Source: Sedimentisphaera cyanobacteriorum (lineage in GTDB: Bacteria > Planctomycetota > Phycisphaerae > Sedimentisphaerales > Sedimentisphaeraceae). From it: a stretch of DNA of 32,000 nucleotides. The notes beneath the pieces are model-generated. The model saw only the letters and a list, made by a program, of their open reading frames with translations. It did not search any database and had not been told where the DNA came from. The stretch spans positions 780,001 through 812,000 of the forward strand of contig NZ_CP019633.1 of NCBI RefSeq assembly GCF_001997385.1, read 5' to 3'. The translations under genes were made by a program, and so were the position numbers. This document shows, piece after piece, positions 17,657 to 25,242 of the stretch. The stretch's first letter is position 1. Every line of letters begins with the position of its first letter.

Positions 17657-18409
17657 CTATTTGTTTTCTTGAGATTCTTCTTTATTACCTTTTCTCGGAG
17701 CAGGTTTGCAAGACTGGCAGGGTTTTCGTCCGGATTTAACAGCATCCTGAAAAGAGTCGAAATAAACAATATTCTCTTCAAGGATCCTTTCTACGAAAAA
17801 ACAGCTTGTTTTGTGGAAGGTTCGGCTGTTTTTAGAAGCGCATAACTTCTTCTTACCGGCTTTTGCAGTTTCTTGAAAGTTTTGGTCTTTTATAGATGTA
17901 CTGTCAGATTCTTTTTCCTTTTTTGGGGTTAATTCGCAATTATTGGCAATTTTTTGAGCATTGGAAGGGCGGTTTTGTTCAATTTCAGCCTCTTTTTCAG
18001 GTTGCTTATCTGATTCCTTTTTCAAAACTTTCTTAACTGCAAACCCTTCTCTCAAAAGGATTCTTGAAAGAGATCTTCCTTCAAGCCTTATATCTGCTTT
18101 AACTGCAAATTCATCTTCAGCCCGCTCTATCGAATGCAGAGAGATTTTTTCTGCATCATTGAAGGATTTGTCCAGAAAACGTTTTAGCCTTGAGGAATAA
18201 AATCTTAAATCCTCTTTATCGTCAACAGCAGGGGGCATTGAAACAGCCTTAACAATAACTTTCAAATTTTTGCCCACAACAGCTGGCCACCCTGTGATAT
18301 TCATCTTTACTGAGAGATCGCCGTTAGAGCCTTTGTAATCTGCATTGTAAGCGGGCTTGCCCGCAGAAAAACTGATAAGCACCAGCAGCAAAACACAATG
18401 AAATTTCAT
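17657..18409 (-). CDS. Secreted protein: degenerate SNase/OB-like domain + K/E-rich linker + C-terminal Cys/His Zn-binding module (Ada-type / 'sunset'-like)
   Basis: Start moved to the ATG at 18409 (AGGAGG at 18414-19, 14 nt after the hydF stop). Signal peptide: MKFHCVLLLVLISFSAG. The segment ...ADIRLEGRSLSRILLREGFAV resembles the C-terminal half of thermonuclease folds, but no RL.GIDaPE catalytic motif is present. The C-terminus TFHKTSCFFV...FDSFQDAVKSGRKPCQSCKP fits the (Y/F)H...C....F.S...A...G.(R/K)PC..C.P pattern. Confidence 0.55.
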   Translation of the reverse strand: MKFHCVLLLVLISFSAGKPAYNADYKGSNGDLSVKMNITGWPAVVGKNLKVIVKAVSMPPAVDDKEDLRFYSSRLKRFLDKSFNDAEKISLHSIERAEDEFAVKADIRLEGRSLSRILLREGFAVKKVLKKESDKQPEKEAEIEQNRPSNAQKIANNCELTPKKEKESDSTSIKDQNFQETAKAGKKKLCASKNSRTFHKTSCFFVERILEENIVYFDSFQDAVKSGRKPCQSCKPAPRKGNKEESQENK

Positions 18410-18423
18410 ATTTGCCTCCTGAA

Positions 18424-19653
18424 TCAATTTTTGTATTTATTGTAAACCTCCCAGGCAGACGGGAACGGTTTCAAAGACCTTTCAAATATTCCAAGCGTAT
18501 AAGCGATGGTCAGACCGTAATTTGTAATTGGCACCCCAGCCTCTCTGGCAGTCATAATTCGTGAAAGCATTTCTCTTTTATTCCACATGCAGCCTCCGCA
18601 GTGAATAATAAGCTTGTATTCCTTAAGATTATCCGGCCAGTCGTGACCGCGCCAGTGATCAATCTGGAGCTTTCCGCCCACAAACTGATGCAGCCAGCGG
18701 GGGATCTTTACCGTGCCAATATCGTCGGTAATCGGGTGATGTGTGCAGGATTCGCAGACCATTATTTTGTCGGTGGGCTCCAGATTTTCTATTTCCATAG
18801 CCCCCTTTGTCATTTCAACCAGATCTCCCTTAAATCGTGCGAAGAGAATGCTGAAGCTTGTCATCGGCACGTCCAAAGGGGTGTCCGCTGCCACCTTAAG
18901 AAATGCCTGAGAATCTGTAACTACCAGATCAGGCTTATCTCTGAGCATATCCAGAGTGCTCAAAAGCTCCCTGTCTTTGCAGACAAGAGCTGAGGCATCC
19001 CCGTCGAGCAGGTCGCGGATGCTTTGAACCTGCGGCATAATGAGCCGGCCTTTGGGGGCTTCTTTATCAATCGGGACAACCAAAACAGCTATTCCGCCAG
19101 GACCTACAAGATCGCTCAATATAGCAGGGCTCTCCAGAAAATCCGGCGGGGCGGTTTTAATCAGCATTTTTCGCAGCTCAGTTATGCCGTCCCCGGTTTG
19201 AGCTGAGCACAAAATTATATTTGAGGTCTTCTGCCTTAATGTTTCCAAAGAAGAATCGTATATATTCTTTGTATCGGTCTTATTAACTGCCAAGATGAAC
19301 GGTACACTCAAACAGTTGAATTCTTCTATAAGGTCGAGCTCAAATTCGGTTAAATTTCCCGGCTCAATTACAATAACGGCTAAATCCGTGCGTTTTATAA
19401 CCTGTCGTGTTCTCTCAATGCGCTTGCCGCCAAGAGCTCCGATATCATCTATGCCGGCGGTGTCAATAAAAAGAACGGGACCGATAGGCAGAAGCTCCAT
19501 CGGCTTTTCAACGGGGTCTGTGGTGGTTCCTGCATAACTGGAAACAATTGAAGATGACTGGCCGGTGAGTGAATTCAGGATAGAACTCTTGCCGGCATTG
19601 CGTTTGCCGAAGATTCCTATATGAAGCCGCAGTGATTTTGGTGTTTTCTGCAT
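18424..19653 (-). CDS. hydF: [FeFe]-hydrogenase H-cluster maturation GTPase HydF
   Basis: GTPase motifs: GKRNAGKSS, DTAG, NKTD. The C-terminal FeS-binding signature reads CTH, 45 residues, then HCGGC (CxH...HCxxC). The start is set to the ATG at 19653 (GGAG SD). The track's TTG at 19713 coincides with the -35 hexamer of the promoter listed next. Confidence 0.85.
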   Translation of the reverse strand: MQKTPKSLRLHIGIFGKRNAGKSSILNSLTGQSSSIVSSYAGTTTDPVEKPMELLPIGPVLFIDTAGIDDIGALGGKRIERTRQVIKRTDLAVIVIEPGNLTEFELDLIEEFNCLSVPFILAVNKTDTKNIYDSSLETLRQKTSNIILCSAQTGDGITELRKMLIKTAPPDFLESPAILSDLVGPGGIAVLVVPIDKEAPKGRLIMPQVQSIRDLLDGDASALVCKDRELLSTLDMLRDKPDLVVTDSQAFLKVAADTPLDVPMTSFSILFARFKGDLVEMTKGAMEIENLEPTDKIMVCESCTHHPITDDIGTVKIPRWLHQFVGGKLQIDHWRGHDWPDNLKEYKLIIHCGGCMWNKREMLSRIMTAREAGVPITNYGLTIAYTLGIFERSLKPFPSAWEVYNKYKN

Positions 19654-19684
19654 AAAAGTTACTCCGCTTATTTGCTGAATACTG

Positions 19685-19713
19685 ATTATAATCGCAGATA
19701 GGGGGACGTGCAA
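19685..19713 (-). promoter_or_regulatory. Sigma70-like promoter for hydF
   Basis: Minus strand reads TTGCAC (19713..19708), a 17-nt spacer, then TATAAT (19690..19685). A ~25-nt leader containing GGAG follows before the ATG at 19653. Confidence 0.5.
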
Positions 19714-20072
19714 AAGATTTTAATAAAGTAATGATAATTTATGTTCTGTTGCATTGAAAAGGCTGGAGAAAAATAAGTTAAAATATGATTTGACTACCCC
19801 GCAGATTGAAAATGTAGCTCTCCCATAGAATTGAACACTTTAAATTAGACGGTTCCTGAATAATATAAACCAACTCAAATATTTAGAAAGGAACTTAACA
19901 ATGCGAAACCAAAATTTCATATTCAGCGAAAGAAGCCGTCCCTTTCTTTAACAATTCTGGTAATGCTTCTTATGGTATTATTCACTGCGCCTTCTGGATG
20001 GATAGAGCGTTTTGAATACCAATTTATTTTTAAAACAGTTTACTCAATCTGAGTTTTCTAAAACATCTAAAA

Positions 20073-20115
20073 CAAAGCACGCCGAGAATAAACCTTCTCG
20101 GCGTGCTTTGTTTTT
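20073..20115. terminator. Bidirectional rho-independent terminator
   Basis: CAAAGCACGCCGAGAA (20073-20088) pairs with TTCTCGGCGTGCTTTG (20095-20110), giving a 16-bp perfect GC-rich stem with a 6-nt loop. TTTTT (20111-15) follows on the + strand and TTTT follows on the - strand. It sits 16 nt downstream of the OmcB-like gene stop. Confidence 0.8.
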
Positions 20116-20126
20116 AACTAGCTTCC

Positions 20127-21722
20127 TTATTTGTATTGATGTGTTGATTCAGTTTCGATAACCTCACGATCGAGCTGATCACTCACCATACTTACGCTAA
20201 ACCTTACATCTCCAGCACTTTCTGCCTTAACAATAACTTTCCACTGCGCTTTATTTTTGGGAGCCAGCTTAGCTAGTGGCTGTAATTCAATTGTGCTGCC
20301 TGAAACAATTGCTTCAGTTGCCCCTTCTGTTCTTATGAAGCTTTGCGTATCTTCAAGTTTGCAAGTGATTTTGATATTTGTTCCAACTGCTGTGCCCTGA
20401 TTAGTTGCCGTAATTACATAAGTTTCCTGACCGCCAACCTCGATTGGGTCTGTTACATCAATAACTTCAAGAAGTATTGCTGGTATTCCAAGAACCTTAG
20501 TTGTGCAATTATCAGAATTCATAGATGCGCAGTAAGATTTTGCTGCAACTCTATTTGTATAACTGCCAATCTTAGAGGGTTTAACCTTAATCATAGCATT
20601 GATTTTCTTGCCGGCAGCGAGCTGAGGAATATTCCAAACTACTTTACCATCTTGGAATGTACCTCCGTTTGATGCGCTGAGGAATTCACAGCCCTGCGGG
20701 ACTGAATCAGTTACTACGAGATTTTTAGCTGCGCCATCGCCTGTATTTTCTATTGTAAAGTGATAATCGATGTTTCGGCCGAGGTAAATCTTATCAGCAC
20801 ATTTGCTGGCCACCTCAATCTCAGGCTTTACTAATAAGATCTCATCTTCATCTGAGGCCTCAAGGTTAGAAGCTGATATCGCCATTGGTGTAATTTTGTA
20901 GGTGTCTGCCTTTTTTGCGGAAAGGACTGTGTTGAATGATTTAGATTCTCCAGCAGCGAGATCGCCTGCATCAATTCTGACCTGTTTACCGCCCTCTTTA
21001 AGCTGCATTCCTGCTGGCAGATTTTCTCTAATCACAACATCTTTTGCAACACCTGAGCCCGGGTTTGTTACGGTGTATGAAACTGTAATATCATCACAAA
21101 CTATGGCTTCAGCCGGCAGCTCCTGCTCGACTATCAGCTCAGGATTCACAACCCTTGTATAGCTGCATGAAGGTATCAAATATGAGTAAGTTGTGCAATT
21201 CTGGATTGCTTCCATATCCGCCGCTTTACCTGTTATTTCGATCTCGGACGAAGAATCCGGCTGCATCTGCCCAAGCATAAATTTATACTTGCCGTCATGT
21301 TTTTGGGCTTTTGGTTTTGAGGATATGAAATCAAAACTCTTAGAAGGCTGCTCATAAACGATAACCTCAGAAAGGGTTTGGTTAGACTCATTAATAACAT
21401 CTAAAGTGTAGCTGAATTCTTTGCCAAGCACAACCTCTTTCGGCATAGTTTTATTTACTTGAATGAGTCTTCGAACTATTGAAACTTCTTTTTTCTTCTT
21501 AGGTTCAGGTTTGTAAGTAATTTCATCCTCAGATGGCTGGGCTCGTTTCACAGGTTCTTCATTGACAACCTTGCAGTCCTCATCCCAGAAAGCTTTTCCT
21601 TCACTCCCAGGCTGCACCTGTTTGCCTTGCATTGCGTAGTAACTTTCGCAACTATAGCAGCCTGTGAATAGCAGAATCATAGACATGATTGCGATAATTG
21701 ATGAAACTTTTCTAACACTCAT
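20127..21722 (-). CDS. Cell-envelope lipoprotein with tandem DUF11 ('conserved repeat domain') modules, OmcB (chlamydial 60-kDa Cys-rich OMP)-like
   Basis: Start moved to the ATG at 21722 (the track start is a GTG). Signal peptide plus lipobox: MSVRKVSSIIAIMSMILLFTGC. At least four ~100-aa repeats of the DUF11 pattern are present, for example VTNPGSGVAKDVVIRENLPAGM, IENTGDGAAKNLVVTDSVPQGCEF and ATNQGTAVGTNIKITCKL. The C-terminal end reads KAESAGDVRF...ETESTHQYK. Confidence 0.7.
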   Translation of the reverse strand: MSVRKVSSIIAIMSMILLFTGCYSCESYYAMQGKQVQPGSEGKAFWDEDCKVVNEEPVKRAQPSEDEITYKPEPKKKKEVSIVRRLIQVNKTMPKEVVLGKEFSYTLDVINESNQTLSEVIVYEQPSKSFDFISSKPKAQKHDGKYKFMLGQMQPDSSSEIEITGKAADMEAIQNCTTYSYLIPSCSYTRVVNPELIVEQELPAEAIVCDDITVSYTVTNPGSGVAKDVVIRENLPAGMQLKEGGKQVRIDAGDLAAGESKSFNTVLSAKKADTYKITPMAISASNLEASDEDEILLVKPEIEVASKCADKIYLGRNIDYHFTIENTGDGAAKNLVVTDSVPQGCEFLSASNGGTFQDGKVVWNIPQLAAGKKINAMIKVKPSKIGSYTNRVAAKSYCASMNSDNCTTKVLGIPAILLEVIDVTDPIEVGGQETYVITATNQGTAVGTNIKITCKLEDTQSFIRTEGATEAIVSGSTIELQPLAKLAPKNKAQWKVIVKAESAGDVRFSVSMVSDQLDREVIETESTHQYK

Positions 21723-21844
21723 TTTACACCCCACACAAAAGATTTAAAAGAGATTAACTACAAAAATGATTGTATCATCTTTTACTCTAAAGTCAAGAAA
21801 AATGACTAAGCAAAAAACTTTTATGGGATGATAATTGAACGAAA

Positions 21845-21926
21845 TGCGAGCGAGAGGAGTCGAACCTCCACATCCGAAGATACCAGAACCTAAATCTGGC
21901 GCGTCTGCCAATTCCGCCACGCTCGC
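21845..21926 (-). tRNA. tRNA-Leu (anticodon UAG), class II with long variable arm
   Basis: The minus strand reads GCGAGCG-TG-GCGGAATTGGCAGACGC-G-CCAGA-TTTAGGT-TCTGG-TATCTTCGGATGT-GGAGG-TTCGACT-CCTCT-CGCTCGC-A. It folds with a 7-bp acceptor stem, anticodon TAG, a 13-nt variable hairpin and a TTCGA T-loop. CCA is not encoded. Confidence 0.9.
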
Positions 21927-21933
21927 ATATTGT

Positions 21934-22137
21934 CTAATCGGTGAGTTTGTCCACCTTATCCTCGCATTTCTGCAGTATTTCTCTGCAATGCTTGATAAGG
22001 CTCATTCCGGCCTCGTACTGGCTGAGGCTTTCTTCCAGCCCAACTTTGCCGGTTTCGATATCTGATACTATTTCTCTGAGCTTTTCGATAGAATCTTCAA
22101 AGCTGAGCTCATTTATTTTTTCCTGATCGAGTGCCAA
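21934..22137 (-). CDS. xseB: Exodeoxyribonuclease VII small subunit
   Basis: 67 aa. SFEDSIEKLREIVSDIETGKVGLEESLSQYEAGMSLIKHC matches the XseB helical hairpin consensus. The start is a TTG with no in-frame ATG upstream. The gene ends 7 nt before tRNA-Leu. Confidence 0.85.
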   Translation of the reverse strand: MALDQEKINELSFEDSIEKLREIVSDIETGKVGLEESLSQYEAGMSLIKHCREILQKCEDKVDKLTD

Positions 22138-22206
22138 ATTATGTCTCTCAAACGTTTCAAATATTACCCTGTTTTCAGATTGAGGTAGGATTTTACAAAT
22201 TAGGTC

Positions 22207-22749
22207 TCAGTATTCAATACCTTTTCTTGCTCTGAACCCTTCATTGTAAGGGTGCTTCACACATTCAATATCAGATACAAGGTCGGCCAGTTCAATAATT
22301 TCGTCTTTTGCCCCCCTGCCTGTAAGCACTATTTCTACCTTCACTGCTTTTCTATCAATCATCCTTTTCAACTGTCCGAGTGAGGCAAGCCCAATATTTA
22401 AGCAGTAAATAATTTCATCAAGAACCACAACATTATATACCCCCTCAGAAGTGAGCGTGTCTATATCTGCAAGGCTTTTCTCTATTAACTCTGCAGCCTT
22501 CTTTCTTTCATGTGAATTATCCGGAGAGCTCCACATATTCCAATCTATATCGATAGTTTTGAAATCTATAGGTAGTTTGCTCTGCTCGATGGCTTTCCTT
22601 TCGCAGAGCTGGAGATTTTCCGGCTTAAGGTACTGGGCAAAAAGGACTCTGTTTCCATCTCCGGCAGCACGCAGGGAAAGACCTAGTGCTGCGGTAGTTT
22701 TCCCCTTGCCTTCACCCGTATATATTTGCACTAACCCATTTTCAATCAT
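22207..22749 (-). CDS. cobO: Cob(I)yrinic acid a,c-diamide (corrinoid) adenosyltransferase, CobA/CobO/BtuR type
   Basis: VQIYTGEGKGKTTAALGLSLRAAG P-loop, LDEI and TGRG motifs, 180 aa. The ATG overlaps the murD stop by 8 nt. Confidence 0.9.
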   Translation of the reverse strand: MIENGLVQIYTGEGKGKTTAALGLSLRAAGDGNRVLFAQYLKPENLQLCERKAIEQSKLPIDFKTIDIDWNMWSSPDNSHERKKAAELIEKSLADIDTLTSEGVYNVVVLDEIIYCLNIGLASLGQLKRMIDRKAVKVEIVLTGRGAKDEIIELADLVSDIECVKHPYNEGFRARKGIEY

Positions 22750-24091
22750 TTCCTGTTATCCTTTCCGCCAATTCAGTAAATATCTCGCCCCGCTGCTTAA
22801 AACTCTCAAACATATCATAACTTGCGCATGCAGGAGAAAGGAGTATATTATCCCCTGCCTCAGCCTTTTCCCATGCCTTTAGGCATGCATTTTCAAGGCT
22901 GCCGGCTAAATAAACTCTGCACTGATTCTTCGGAGAGCTCTCTATAAGCTCTTTAATTTTTTCGGCAGTGTCCCCGATCAGAACCGCATATTTAATCCTC
23001 TTTGAAACAACCCTTGCCATTTTATCGAAAGGGATTTTCTTGTCGTATCCGCCGGCTATAAGAATAACGGGATTGCTAAATGCCTCAGCCCCTGCAATTG
23101 TACTTTCAGGTGTAGTAGAAATTGAATCATTATACCATCTCACACCGTTCTTCTCTGCCGTTAGCTGAAGTCTGTGAGGCAGGGCTTTGAAGCTGGGCAG
23201 CGCCAACGATAAAGTCTGTCTGTCAATTCCAAGTTCTTCAGCTGCTGCGGCGGCTGCGGCAAGGTTTGATTTATTTGCCTCGCCGGGAAGATTAAATTTT
23301 TCAATCATTTCAGCCGGCAATGATTTTGAGCTGTAAAGCACAGTCTTCCTTGTATTTTTCAATTCCTCAAACCAGCCTGCAGAGACCTCATCATCTCTGT
23401 TCAGGAATGAAACCCCGTCTTCAGGCTGATTGAGGAAAAGCTTCTTCTTGGCATTGCAGTAATTCTGGAAAGTTCCGTGCCTGTCGAGATGGTTGGGCGT
23501 AAGATTTGTGATAACTGCTGCCCATGGCCCGAGCCCGAATTTATCGAGCTGCTCTGCCTGAAAGCTGGAAATTTCCAAGACAGCGATATCATTTTCACCG
23601 ATTTGAGCCAATATTTCCAGCAGAGGGAGATTGCCTATATTTCCGCTTAAAAATACATTGCCTTCAATGCAGTTTTGTTTTGATGCATAAAAAAGCAGAT
23701 GGTAAATAAGCGAGGTTGTAGTGCTCTTGCCGTTTGAGCCTGTAACGCCTACTATTTTGCCTTTGCACTGCTGGAAAAATAGGGCTATTGAAGAGGTAAC
23801 TAATGCACCGCTTTCTTCAGCTTTTCTCACAAACCTGTTATCTTCAGCTATAGCTGGATTAACTATAAGTACATCGCATTCTGTAAAATCCGACTCCCTG
23901 TGTTCACCCAGCACAAGCTGAATATCTTTAGCCTCAAGGGCGTCTGCCTGAGGCAGTGAATCTCTGTTCGACAAGTCTGTAACAGTTACCTTTTGGGCAA
24001 ATTTAGAGGCGTAAAGGGCTGCATCCGCCCCGCCGCCGAATTTTCCAAGGCCCATCACTAAAACGGTTTTATCCCTTAGTTTTTCTGACAT
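22742..24091 (-). CDS. murD: UDP-N-acetylmuramoyl-L-alanine--D-glutamate ligase
   Basis: 449 aa. N-terminal Rossmann VLVMGLGKFG, Mur ligase P-loop GVTGSNGKSTTTSLI, and the LTPNHLDRH and NDSISTTPE motifs. Confidence 0.93.
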   Translation of the reverse strand: MSEKLRDKTVLVMGLGKFGGGADAALYASKFAQKVTVTDLSNRDSLPQADALEAKDIQLVLGEHRESDFTECDVLIVNPAIAEDNRFVRKAEESGALVTSSIALFFQQCKGKIVGVTGSNGKSTTTSLIYHLLFYASKQNCIEGNVFLSGNIGNLPLLEILAQIGENDIAVLEISSFQAEQLDKFGLGPWAAVITNLTPNHLDRHGTFQNYCNAKKKLFLNQPEDGVSFLNRDDEVSAGWFEELKNTRKTVLYSSKSLPAEMIEKFNLPGEANKSNLAAAAAAAEELGIDRQTLSLALPSFKALPHRLQLTAEKNGVRWYNDSISTTPESTIAGAEAFSNPVILIAGGYDKKIPFDKMARVVSKRIKYAVLIGDTAEKIKELIESSPKNQCRVYLAGSLENACLKAWEKAEAGDNILLSPACASYDMFESFKQRGEIFTELAERITGND

Positions 24092-24106
24092 CAGCCCGCT
24101 AAGATA

Positions 24107-25045
24107 TCAAAACTGCATTGCCTGATTCAGTGAGTCGTTCGCATCGATAACTGCCTGCTCTATGCAGCTTTCCCAGTCGTCTCCGAATTTATCTTTGTAT
24201 TCGGGCTTCTCATAAGCATAGATTATACCGCGGGATGAGTTTATCAGTGCGCCTGTTTTATCGGGCTTGCAGAACCTTATGCAGTCTGAAGGCTGTCCGC
24301 CCTGGCTTCCGAAACCTGGCACTAGAAACCATACATTCGGATACTTCATCCTTAAGCTGCTTGTATGCTCTGGAGTTGTACCGCCTATTACCATGCCCAC
24401 ATTGCTGTAGCCTGATTCGCCAATCCTCTTGGGCTGGTCGGCTATTTCTGCTGTTATTTCTGAGAGTATTTGATAAAACGGTACGCCCTCTTCTGTCAGG
24501 GCGTCCTGAAGCCTTGCTGCGGAAGGGTTGCTCGCACGAACCCATACAAATATCCCGCTGCCAGAATCGTTTGCTGCATCTGCAAAGGGAATTATACCGT
24601 CAGCGCCTGCAAAACCGTTTATTGTTACGGCATTCGGCGAAACCACATTGAGGCTTTTGAATTTGGGCTCCTTGATGTGAGCGTCGGCATACGCTGTGCA
24701 GGTATGTCCGATATCGCCCCTTTTTACGTCCCCGATCACCTGCACGCCGAGCGATTCGGCCTCAGTGATAAGGCTGTAGTACGCCTCGATTCCGTCCCAG
24801 TAGTATTTCTCGAAGTATGCCGAATTAAGCTTTACAGCCGGGACATGTTCAGAAATTACCTTCAAAGTGCGAGTGCAGAATTCGATAGTTGCATCAATAA
24901 CAGAATCAATATTGTTTGCAGAATTGCCGTAACGCTTTTTTATGTCTTCTGGCAGACGCCCATACACAGGATCTAAGCCTACGCATAGAATACTGTCTTT
25001 GTCTAAAACTGCATTGTATAAGGCATCTCCGAAATGTTTAGCCAT
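24107..25045 (-). CDS. pyrF: Orotidine-5'-phosphate decarboxylase, type 2 (long form)
   Basis: 312 aa with LCVGLDP, KLNSAYFE, DVKRGDIG and PGFGSQGG motifs. Confidence 0.9.
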   Translation of the reverse strand: MAKHFGDALYNAVLDKDSILCVGLDPVYGRLPEDIKKRYGNSANNIDSVIDATIEFCTRTLKVISEHVPAVKLNSAYFEKYYWDGIEAYYSLITEAESLGVQVIGDVKRGDIGHTCTAYADAHIKEPKFKSLNVVSPNAVTINGFAGADGIIPFADAANDSGSGIFVWVRASNPSAARLQDALTEEGVPFYQILSEITAEIADQPKRIGESGYSNVGMVIGGTTPEHTSSLRMKYPNVWFLVPGFGSQGGQPSDCIRFCKPDKTGALINSSRGIIYAYEKPEYKDKFGDDWESCIEQAVIDANDSLNQAMQF

Positions 25046-25242
25046 TTTTTTATCCTTTAAAAGAGATTGTTTTTATATCTCAGCAGAGCCGCTAACACTT
25101 ATCAATTACTGGCGGCCGCCGAATACTTGAAATATAATCATTTGGCTATATATTACAAGTTGTAACTGGAAACAGATTGTTAAAAAGGGCTTTATAATGC
25201 TGAGTTTGTTAAATTTTCAGCTTAAACAGCAAGATAATACGG

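Noticed and set aside
17545-17739. Small intergenic or overlapping ORFs from the track: 17545..17739, 16087..16281, 29320..29556 and 21835..22065.
   Set aside because: They start at non-ATG codons or lack an SD. They overlap the ends of real genes or the tRNA, and their translations have no motif or plausible fold signal.
19654-19713. N-terminal extensions in the ORF track that begin at TTG/GTG. They are hydF at 19713, the S8 protease at 12329, the OmcB-like gene at 21734, the MEMO gene at 30300, degT at 28347, the secreted protein at 18427, and lipA at 26704.
   Set aside because: In most cases (S8 protease, secreted protein, MEMO, degT, hydF) a downstream ATG has a clear SD. Where a signal peptide is expected (S8 protease, secreted protein, OmcB-like gene) the ATG also restores it directly at the N-terminus. 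For the OmcB-like gene the SD is weak, so the signal-peptide argument carries that call. The hydF TTG is itself the -35 hexamer of a near-consensus promoter, and the S8 TTG lies inside a TTGACA hexamer. For lipA I simply chose the most downstream ATG (26602) that still retains the conserved N-terminal segment; 26647 and 26704 remain possible.
19901-19960. A prfB-like +1 frameshift site (CTT TAA C) at the end of the 16-codon micro-ORF.
   Set aside because: The +1 frame gives only a short, non-hydrophobic peptide that stops after about 21 codons. No SD-like stimulator lies 3 nt upstream. The hydrophobic frame would need a -1 shift, and no X XXY YYZ slippery heptamer is present.
19714-21926. A possible genomic islet integrated at the 3' end of tRNA-Leu, comprising the OmcB-like gene plus the AT-rich spacer.
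   Set aside because: No integrase or recombinase is present. I found no direct repeat of the tRNA 3' end (…GGTTCGACTCCTCTCGCTCGCA) at the distal side and no mobility genes. The composition difference is not something I can quantify by eye.
25111-25120. GC-only 10-bp palindrome GGCGGCCGCC (contains a NotI site) in the AT-rich pyrF/hypothetical divergent spacer.
   Set aside because: It is a single occurrence with no loop, so no hairpin can form. No second copy or half-site is nearby. I cannot distinguish an operator from chance.
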